The notes beneath the pieces were generated by a model. The model did not search any database and was not told the DNA's origin. It was given only the letters and a program-made list of their open reading frames with translations. The position numbers were made by a program, and so were the translations under genes. 64,000 nucleotides of DNA from assembly GCA_030704615.1 (NCBI GenBank), contig CM060731.1:1550001-1614000 (forward strand), read 5' to 3'. The stretch comes from Takakia lepidozioides. Lineage: Eukaryota; Plantae; Bryophyta. Position 1 is the stretch's first letter; every line of letters begins with the position of its first letter. Below, one piece after another: positions 54,501 through 64,000 of this stretch.

Positions 54501-54871
54501 CCTGTCATGAGGGGACCTATAGCCGCGGAATTCGGCACCATTTTTCGCCAGACAGACCTATTGCCGCGAAATACGCCGCCGTTTTTTCAGGTTACGGACC
54601 CTATTACCGCGAAATTCGGCGCCATATTTGCACATGTCGCTGGGAATTGGCATGAGCGGAAGACGAAATTTCATGAGCACAACTGTCAAAAGTGCAATTT
54701 TCCCTTCAAGGGGCCGAATAATATATTTGTTTTTCCTGACACATTGCATTAAATTATTGTTTTTTATTGTTTTTTTATTTCGAAATTTGTACTTCTGCTC
54801 ATGAAAACCGATTGTGTTACTACTCTGCTCATGCCGCTCATGCCGCTCATGCTCATGAAATAGCAAACCTC

Positions 54872-55530
54872 CCAACCTGGCCGCCCGGGCCAACTTGGAG
54901 CTTCAGCTGCTCACCGGGACATAACGGTCCCCCTTCGCTCTCCCACTAAACCCTCCACCTATTTGGGCCTAGTGGAATTCCCTTTTGGTAGATGGCAGTC
55001 CGGAACAGCTCCCCACTCTTTGGTCGCTTTCCAGCTCGCTCGCTTACTCACTAGTTTTTGGTCACCAACGGGCTTGCACCGTTCTCGGGGTCACTACTCC
55101 CCTTATATATACTTCTGTAGCTGTCCGCGGGGGTTTCACAACCCGCCATGCCATTTTATGGCGAACCACCACGAAAACCCTCGACTCCCGGTGATGAGTC
55201 GCGGTGAGTCTTGGCCCACTCACCACGGCCCCTATGGACCGTGATGAGTCCCAAGACTCCCCACGACTCCCACCACGAGGTCTCCGCCCCCATGGTGAGT
55301 CCTATGCCACCCCCACTAAGTCCCGCTAAGCTACCACCACCCCTTGTGGAGCCACCCCCACCGCAACCCGGTGTGCGGGGCTCCACCTAGTGAGCGCCTC
55401 CGCCTCCTTGAGTGCCTCGGGCACTCAAGGGTGCTTCAGCCCCCCCATACCTATTGCTGCCGCTGCCCCCACCACAGGGGCAGCCCCTCATGTGTCCCGA
55501 CCCCCTGCCCTCAAGGCAAAGGCCGCGACA
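54872..55530 (-). mobile_element. Solo LTR of the chromovirus family, right piece
   Basis: Reverse complement of LTR 35582-36238 with some divergence; TSD CTCGG at 55531-55535. Confidence 0.92.
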
Positions 55531-56626
55531 CTCGGAGCCCTGCCTTCATTCAGACAATTATGGAGACATGCACTGACGTGGAGGGCACAGTGCTCGACCT
55601 CATCTGTGGGACAGGTATGCATAATCTTGTTGTATGTTTTTTCTGCAAACTCTCGTTATGCTTTCATTCGCAACATCTGAAGGGCCATGTCATAATGTGT
55701 GGATGGCATTGTAACAGGTGCCTCAATGTGGGCTGGGCGGTTTTCCGACCGGCACCTCTTTGCCTACGAGGAGGACACAGGCATCTGGGGATCCCATCTG
55801 GAAGGGCTGCAACAGAATGTGAAGGCTCCCATCGAAGTCAAAGACTCCTCGGATTCGTCGGAGTCGGAGGAAGAGACAGTGGACATTGATGCCGAGGAGA
55901 ACCCGGAATACGAGTGAGTGCAAACATTGTAAGTTTGCAAAGCCTTCTGGGTGATTTTTTGTCAAACGCATTTCCGGACTGTGGTTCTCATTGGTCTCTA
56001 TGGTGATTGTTATATGCAGGATTGGAGGATCCGGGTCGAAACATGTAAAGCCTACACTTCCTGCCAGGAAGATTGTCCCGTTCTTTGCGAGGGCCGACTT
56101 CATGACGAGCCCGGTGAAGGACTACTCCCTTTCTAGTTATGCAGCTAAACTCGCAAATACAGCGATTAGACGATGTGAGAATCCCAGTAAAGTAGAGCAG
56201 ATTTTGGAGAGGGCTAGGGAGGACAAAAGGATAAGGAAAGAGTTAGCAACAGCTGAGGCAGGTAGACGGGTGCGAAAGTTCATATGTGATTCAGCGGATG
56301 AGAGCGATGCAGACAGGGAGGACGACGAGCCAACGGAGGTCAGATGGTCGGTTCCGCAAAGTGAAGATGGGATTTTCGAAAGCCTGGCCAACGACCAGTC
56401 CGCTGGAGATGAGAAAGGCAATGACGGGGTGGAGGCGGAGCAGGACAGTCAAGAACAGGCCGACAGTAGTGATGATTTTCAAGATTAATACAATTTTAAT
56501 GAACTCTCTGTACATTTAAATTCAATTCCAGAGTATATAAAATGGAATTCTCCCCGTCCTTCATGTCCCCTCTCCCATGTGCTTCTAAACGACAACATCG
56601 TCCAAACCTGGTCCCTCCCAAAATCT

Positions 56627-57670
56627 GAAATGCGGCACCGCATTTCAATGTCTGAACGGAAATGTGGCAACTGCAAAAACCTCGTTTGGAAATGCGGCAC
56701 CACATTTCCAAAACCGGGGCAAGAACAAATTTCCGTTTCATGGTTTGGACATCAGAAACTGTTCGGACAAACGGAAATGCGGTGCCGCATTTCCGTTTCC
56801 GACACGGCAGTTTTGCCGATTGCCAGCTCCTTCCATGGATGTAAATCGAAATGCGGAGGTCGAACATGGAAATGCGGTGCCGCATTTACCTTTTGGAGAT
56901 GGACATTTTTCCAACTGCAGACCCATCGACGTTCTTGGGCTCCCAATTCCATGATGCTAGACGGGAATGCGGCACCGCATTCCATTGTCCAATAAGAAAT
57001 TTCGATGACGTACATGGAATGCGGCGCCGCATTTCCAAAAGGGACATCGTTGTTTGCCCAATTGCAGACCCTTTGATGGAAATGCGGCACCGCATTCCAT
57101 CGTCCTATAAAAACTTACATTGTCCTATAAAAACTTTCAATTGCCCAACATGGGAAATGCGGCACCGCATTTCCAAAACAGACATCGTTGTTTGTCCAAT
57201 TCCAGACCCGTGTGGGCATTCCGTCTTGATGGACGGAAATGCGGCACCGCATTCCATTGTCCGATTCGATATTTTGATGACAGACATGGAAATGCGGTGC
57301 CGCATTTCCAGAACTTCCATCGTTGTTTGTCCAATTCCAAACCCTTCGACGGAAATGCGGCACCGCATTCCATTGTGCTCTCCGGAATGTTGTGCCGCAT
57401 TTCATTGTCCGGTACGAAATTTCGATGACGGACATGGAAATGCGGTGCCGCATTTCAAGTATGGACATGGACAAGCATTAGCGACTGGACATGCTTGGAT
57501 AGTTCAAGGTCGAATATGGTGTTGCGGCGCCGCATTTCAAATTCGAAGTATGGTAATGCCATGTCAGGAAATGAAATGTTGTACAACATTTCCGTTACGA
57601 CGACAACGGAGGAAAGGGAGCTGCCAGAAAAAGCTTCATGGAGAAAATGGAATGCGGTGCCGAATTTCCG
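56627..57670. repeat. Second element A palindrome array (GAAATGCGGYRCCGCATT) with variable spacers
   Basis: At least 13 copies between 56627 and 57437, plus degenerate copies. Confidence 0.9.
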
Positions 57671-57946
57671 AGATTCGGCGTGTACATGTTTCCTACAACT
57701 CATACATGGATTTTCTTCACCTCAGGACTGTGATATCGCCGACTCTGGTATATTCATATGGACAGACACATTGTAGAAATGAGACCTCAAATTGTAAAGA
57801 GTGGGCCAATTACGGCAGTTTCTTGAACACGATGAAACACAAGCACACAGAAGTGAGGTACGATGGGTTGTTTTATTGATCGAACACGGTGTCTCACATT
57901 TAGCAGCTCCAGACAAATCTAAGCCCTTCCTCCTTCTATATGGGTG

Positions 57947-58512
57947 TCACCAAGTCGACGGAACTTCGATAGCCCTCAAAACAAGCTCATTACTGATGCG
58001 GAATCTCGAGGTAAACTGCAATGCGGTCGATCTGGTGCCCTTGGTGGAGCTGACGACAATGTCATACCCATCAATCATACCACCATCATACATCGACAAG
58101 GTCACTGTGGGCCTCCTGTGCCCGTGCGATTCGTCTTCGCAACTCAGCCGAATGTCTCCATACACTGGAAAAGCAGAGTGAACTCCACGAATATAGTTTT
58201 CCCCGGTGCCGTCCTCCCTGGTCCACTGGCAGCAGTTCCAACGCCAAAGTGAGGCCGTGCGTGATCTGTCCGGCATCCCATTCCACCTTGGTATATCGAG
58301 GTCAACAATTTTCAGGATCCACGGACTGCATTGACCCTCGCCCTCACCTCGCTCAACCCTCCAGATACTCCATTGCGCGCAAAGACTCCCGCTTGATTCC
58401 AGATGCGTTTGTGAAAAGTGAAAGCCAGACAATGATGTCTCCTGATTGTGGTTTGAACATAGCATAATCGTGCATGATAAGGGCAGTCAGCAGGATTTTG
58501 GCGGCACGGCAT
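57947..58512 (-). pseudogene. Unknown protein of about 190 aa, paralog 1 (frameshifted)
   Basis: Homologous over its length to 59069-59633 (DCPY, DYAM, SGDII.W, RWNCCQWT, YGDIR, DGGMI.G.DIVV, ELV.RA.EVP). Confidence 0.7.
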
Positions 58513-59068
58513 CCCTGAAAAAGAGTAGCGCAGTACACTCAATGACAGCAGCTCCCGGATGGAGGAGGTAGCAGCGCGGTGGCTGGAAGAAATTCAAGCA
58601 AACGCTGCAATTCCTCACAAATACTCCAGGGCACATTTAAATTTCCCCCCGACAGGAACCTGCAGGGATGAAGATTGGCTCATCCATGGATGTAGCCGAT
58701 TCAGTTTCCTTCCCTGCCATGCAAACTATGGGCAGTAAGTGCCAGGTGGGCCTATAGCCACTCGAGACGACGAAGTCCATCCCCCCTTCGATGTAAATGC
58801 GGCGCCGAATTTCCATCCGGGGGATGGACTTCGGTGGCAAATTTCAAACTATACCCCGTGGATGAGAAAGAGGTATCGGTTCATCCACCGCTGGCTTGTT
58901 GAACACGTTACACGATGATTGGTGGGTACTTGTGACCCAGATGGTCCATTATTGGAGCCCGCACTGCTCTTCCGCTTCTCATCATTTCAAAAATCTAAGG
59001 GCTTCGTTGTTGTCCGCAAGGTGATTTTCATCGGCATCAAACACGTCCTCAGGTCCTCCTTTGCAAGG

Positions 59069-59633
59069 ATGCCGTGCTTCCGGAACCGGGACGACTGCCC
59101 TTATGGAGGCATCGATTATGCAATGTATTCGGCCACATCGGGAGACATCATTATCTGGTACACAGATTACACAGAAGATACTGGTTCGAATGTGGAAACA
59201 TTGTCCGCTTTTGAGTATCTCCCAGGCCAGTACGCCTTCGAGCGGGGTGACGATCTTGGTCTGAGGAGTCCGTGGCTCCTGCGCATCCTTGATTCCGATT
59301 TTCCCAGCAACGACGGGCACCCATGCAGAAGAATGCGCACTGCTATGCTGTTTGCGGTGGAACTGCTGCCAGTGGACGTGGGTGGACTCCATCGGAGAGA
59401 CTTATACTCCTGAAGGAGTGCGCTCATCTTCTCCATTGTATGGGGACATTCGCATTGGTGTGGACGGCGAAAACGTGAAGCTTTCCATATTCGATGGTGG
59501 TATGATTGAAGGGCAGGACATTGTGGTGAACATCAACAGGGGTGGTACAACGGCTGCAATCCAGTTTACCTGGAGGAGCCCGAAGACTCATGAGCTAGTT
59601 GTGAGAGCAGTCGAAGTCCCATTGACAACGTGA
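59069..59633 (+). pseudogene. Unknown protein of about 190 aa, paralog 2 (frameshifted)
   Basis: Same conserved blocks as 57947-58512, in divergent orientation. Confidence 0.7.
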
Positions 59634-62600
59634 CTTGTATTCAGAAGGCACAGGGCTAAAGATTTGTTTGCACAATCAGCACAGTAGACGTGCTTCAAAT
59701 GCAATTCATGTGGATCAATAAAAACCCCATTGTGCCCTCTTTTTGTTCTATTCTGTATCCATCGTTCCCAAAATGCGTCATTCCTCATTTCGTTTGGGAT
59801 TGGGAGTGTGGGTGGATTTTGCAAGTGGCTGGTAGGCTGAAATGGGCCCCCATTGTACAGATCAGTACCACCCTACCATTCGCGAAACATTGCCTTTCAA
59901 TATGTAATTCTAAAAAACATTGCCGAACCTCCTTCATCGGGAGGTCCTTCTCCCCCTATGACCGTGACACCCTAAACCCTATTCCCGTGGACACTCATTT
60001 CCGGAAAATAGTCCTGCTCATGTTTTTTTCGACACTTACGACTCTGCTCATGGCTCATGCCGCTCATGGCTCATGGCTCATGAAATAGTAGCCCCCGGCT
60101 GGAACATCCACAAGGCGGCTCTGCTCGAGAGAGAAATCAGCTTGAATGCAGGGGCAGATTTTGAGATCACAATCACCACTCAGAACGTTGTTCTTTGCAC
60201 CGGCATGGCATGTCAGCATGCATATCAGCCCAAACTCATTATTCCGTGAGCCTTCCACTGCCGGAGTGTGCCCATTCAAGCCAAATCTTCGAAACGCAGG
60301 GATGGAACGGGGTTTTGAAACCAGCATTGCCCAAATGGATACCCAATTCAGCTCCGCATCTTGGTCCATTAATCTGCTGCACATTGTGAAGTTTTCTGCC
60401 CGTTCACCGCAAGTTGAAGAAGGAGTATTCTTAACACACGGGTACTCATAATCTGAAAATGGCTCTAGCTTATGTTGCTTGAGTGCGAATATGAGTGTGG
60501 TTGGCTTGGCAGCTTTACATCTGGTCCATCCCACTCGATATGATGAGCAGGTTCAGTTTGACTTCTCTCACACAAAAGACGCTGCCAAGATGGGGTTTGT
60601 TGCCCTAGATGACTTCCCGTCGTTGTTCTGGGCTGCAACATACAATTAATCTGGCCCATGGCGAGGGGCCTTGCCTTCCACCAATCATCTGTAAGTCCTA
60701 TGAAACTGTTTTTGTGGCAGTTTGTAAGCAGTGGGCAGCGATGGTGGGCTGTTGTAGGATTTGATGAACTCAATGTCGTGTACTGACAGCAACCCCTCAT
60801 CTCTTATGCAAGCATTCAACAAGCCAGGTTGACTGCAGAGCATATTCAGCCCCCCACGTTTCTAGTTGCCTAATGTTCTTCATCTCCTGGGCAGAGCATT
60901 TTCCAGGGTCTCCATCTGTGATGACACACTATCTTCTCATGTGGTTCAGCTTCTGGTCTTGCTCTTGTTTGCACCACCCCAATGAAGGGCAGTTCCCACC
61001 TGCTTGATTCTCTCCATATGGTTGTCTTGGCAGGGTTTCCCACAACCGCCTTTCCTTTTCAGACTGCCAGTCATCAGCCTCGTTCTCCAATGCTTCACTT
61101 TCTTCCCAAGTGAAGTGCTCTCCTCTTTTATGCTTCAACGTCCCTGCAGGTGTTTTTTCCTTCATCTCCCGTGGTGCTTTCGAATGAATGAGCACTGATT
61201 TGCATCTGTTGGCAACACTTACGGTGTCCCTTTCCTTGCATGCCACTGCAGGCCCGTCATTGACTTTCTTGGCAGGGAAGTCTCCTCCTTCTCCCTCATT
61301 TTCTGGCTCTGTTGGTGCCCCACTCACCATGCTATCAGGGCTGCATTTATTTCGTGGTGTTGCGCCAGCCAAGGGCGATCTTTCACTAGTCCGATTGTTG
61401 GCAACAGCTGATTGGAGTCTTCTTGGCAGAGTCTCCCACGAGCTCCCATCAATTTCAGGCATCAGGTTTTCTACCCTGCCCTTCCACTTTTCATAAGCGA
61501 GGTGCATGTCTTCCTCCCTTTCACTCTTCAGCCTCTCAGGCAGATTTTTCTTCATGCGATTGCTGCTCCCATACTTCCAATCCTTGTGTAATTTTCTCCA
61601 GCCATCACCCTCAGATTTGACAAGGTATTGCTGCCCTTCCTTGTGTCTTTCCTCACTCCCAGCTGCTGGTTTTATCCCAGATTCACCTCCAATCCTTGCC
61701 TGGGGTTTTGCTTGCCAAACAGCCCTTGTGTGGGGAACTTCAATGAAAGGCAACATCTCATTCTCAGCTCCTGTCTTTGTACCTCTTTGCAACAGTCCGG
61801 CCTCGGATGCCTCACTTTCTGATTGCTAGGTTGCATTCTTCGACCGCCAACCTTTGACAAGAAAGTGTGCTCCATCTTCCTCATCTTCTACTGGTTCCCT
61901 TGATGCTTCACCTCGTATGTCTTCCTCCTCATGTTTTAGGAGCAGCTCCCATGCTTGAATTGCTACTTTTCCTCGTAGTTGATCTTGTGCTTTCCTTTTT
62001 CTCCGTAGCTTAATCAACTGTTTTGTCTTGGCAGCTCCCTTGCCATGAGTGCCTTGTCTCACTGCATCTCCCTTGGCTGCCCACCATCCGTGGAGTCTTT
62101 CTTGCACCATTTTGACCCTCGTTGGCATGCACTTTGCTATGATGCCCCACATGTATTTGCTGCTCCCTTTAATCATCAACATAGTGCTCCAGAGCGAGTT
62201 CCTCATTGTTGACTAGTTGACCTTCTCAGCCCTTGGACCCCATTTTCCCTTCTCCCATGTTGCCTCGTCTTTCTGCTTCATCATTTGCTTTACTTGCACG
62301 ATGTTGCTTCTTCCCTATAGCTCATCATGTGTTGTGGCTCTTTCCCATGTTGCACTCACTCCCATCACACGTTGTGCAGTTGATAAGACTGAGATGAATT
62401 GATGCAGGATAGGGGGAGGGCTTGCTGGTGTATGTTGTCTGATAGGCCCCACGCACAGAGTCAAAGCTGGAAGTCAGCCTTGCAAGGACCCAAGTGAGAT
62501 AAGTCTGGTGGGGGTAGCATCTTGGGGGATGGCAGTTAGGGCAATGTGTATCTAGGGCAATATATGTCATAGCAGCGGGTGATGTGCTGCCAATTTTGAG

Positions 62601-62676
62601 GATAGAGACAGCCTGTAAGCTGTAGATTTGTATCAGTGGTTTCTTCTGACACATATTGCTCCCAGTTTGCCACAAC

Positions 62677-62825
62677 CAGTTTTGTTTGCGTTTGTAGTGC
62701 ATGTGCGAGCCTGCTGGGGAAGGGCAAAGAGGTCCATGGTTGCATCGTCAAAGCTGGAATTGTGGCAGATGTCATTCTGAACAATACCCTTGTGGACAGG
62801 GAGTGTTCAACAATATGGCTGAGCG
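62677..62825 (+). pseudogene. PLS-class PPR fragment, closely similar to 20335-20485
   Basis: FVCVCSACASLLGKGKEVHGCIVKAGIVADVILNNTLVD. Confidence 0.75.
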
Positions 62826-62888
62826 AAGGATAGAGTGTAATGACTGCTAATGAAGGTACCTTTTTCAATTTCACCTTGTTGTCCCCTG

Positions 62889-63915
62889 TTATCAGAATCG
62901 CCCCTAATTATTCATGTCTGAATTCTGCAAGTTAGCTGGTTGAGTGAAGTTTTGATAGTTTGGAGTGACTTTGACATGATTCTGCCAATGTGACAACAGG
63001 AAAGTATCAGAAATAGGTAACACAGACGAGGAGAAGTTGTGGAATGAATACTTTTCTGACCCCAGTCAATGGTGGGACAATCGAGGCAAGAAGGTGAATG
63101 TTTGTTGGATTATAGAGAGTAGCAGATGCAATTGAGCGTAGGAACTAGTGTGATAAGTCGAGTTGGGTGCTTCCTAGAACAAGTCTAGGCTGTCATCGTC
63201 AACTGCTAGCAACAAGGCAAGGTTGTATGCTTGATTCGTGCGAGGCATGGATAGCTGAAGGAGCAAGGATAGAGTGTGGGTGCAGATTCACCCAAGAGGG
63301 CCGGACTTCAAGCTCCAGATTAACTATGAAGCTACAAGAAACCTGCATCGGTAGATGGTCAACTGGCAGCATCGGCACAATTGGTAAAATCAGACATTGT
63401 TAATGAAGGCATCTTCTTCAGCACATTTCAGCCTATTTTTCCCTCTTATCAGAATCGGCCCAAAATTTCCATGTTGAATTCTGCAAGTTAGCTGGTTGAG
63501 TGAATCTAGTTTGGAGTGACTTTGACATGATACTGCTATGTGACAACAGGAAAGTATCAAAAAACAAGTAACAGACATGAGGAGAAGCTGTGGAGTGAAT
63601 ACTTTTCTGCCCCCAGTCAATGATGGGACAACCGAGGGCAAAAGGTGAATGCCTGCTAGCAGACGCAATTGAGCATAAGAACTAGTGTGATAAGCTGAGT
63701 TGGATGTTTCCTAGAACAAATGTAGGTTGTCATTGTCAGCTACTAGCAGCAAGGCAAGGATGAATGCATGATTTGTGCAGGGGCATGGATAGCTGAAGGA
63801 GCAGGGATAGAGTGTGGTCCAGATTCATCCTAGAGGGCCAAATTTCAAGCACAAGATTTATCTATGATTCCCTGTGGATCAATAACTACAAGAAACCTCC
63901 ATGGGTAGATGGTCT
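62889..63915. repeat. Diverged direct duplication (about 62889-63360 and 63446-63915)
   Basis: TTATCAGAATCG...TGAATTCTGCAAGTTAGCTGGTTGAGTGAA and later blocks recur at about 557-bp offset. Confidence 0.85.
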
Positions 63916-64000
63916 ATTCCGTGGAACTCACTGAAGTCTTGCATTATGAGGATCAGAACTGCTTGACAGCTTACTTGCACGAGGCCTTGACCCTTAGGCA

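Larger units (their letters stand above)
33110..54871 (+). mobile_element. Giant Mutator-like element B (strand = transposase), inserted in the solo LTR
   Basis: Ends GGGGGCTGCTATTTCATGAGC...GCTCATGAAATAGCAAACCTC; perfect TSD CCAACCTG (33102-33109, 54872-54879; 9 bp if one G is assigned to the target). Confidence 0.9.
28789..56488 (+). pseudogene. Element A multi-exon ParB-like + N4C/N6A-type methyltransferase gene, split at 33030/55531 by a solo LTR and element B
   Basis: FFVWDGNHRLLAW (about 30142); DMIILDIPDG (32491); RYSRTR|SPAFIQTIMETCTDVEGTVLDLICGTG, then GASMWAG...HLFAYE; GT-AG introns; last exon 56020-56488. Confidence 0.8.
20700..60096 (-). mobile_element. Giant Mutator-like (MULE) element A (strand = transposase remnant), containing nested insertions
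   Basis: Ends GAGGTTTACTATTTCATGAGC...GCTCATGAAATAGTAGCCCCC with CATGAG subterminal repeats; flanks GGGTGGAA / GGCTGGAA (7/8 TSD); gene content colinear with element B. Confidence 0.75.

Noticed and set aside
60929-62206. Minus-strand charged ORFs (287 aa and 126 aa)
   Set aside because: No recognisable domain; may be a decayed repeat; cannot support a call

Overview
Repeat-rich eukaryotic DNA, most likely from a non-seed land plant (inference from a plastid-targeted stearoyl-ACP desaturase, PLS-type PPR fragments and a chromovirus). The left edge holds the first two exons of a SAD gene. Next is a decayed Ty3/gypsy retrotransposon (about 4.1-12 kb, minus strand) whose pol carries a DNMT3-like C5 cytosine methyltransferase between protease and RT, and a PHD finger after the integrase. 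Several MITE/foldback elements follow. Positions 20700-60096 are a nest: giant Mutator-like element A contains a solo LTR, which contains a related giant Mutator-like element B (33110-54871), which contains a young full-length chromovirus of the same LTR family (35582-42556). A and B each carry an intron-containing cargo gene with a ParB-like (DGNHR / GxxRxxA) domain and a beta-class N4C/N6A-type methyltransferase domain. Each also carries dozens of copies of its own 20-bp palindrome (A: GAAATGCGGYRCCGCATTTC; B: GAAATTCGGCGCCGAATTTC), placed in intergenic regions and introns at spacings close to integer multiples of about 10.5-10.6 bp. This ParB + methyltransferase + phased-palindrome module on a plant DNA transposon is the main candidate novel system. 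All domain calls are by motif recognition only; no searches were run.
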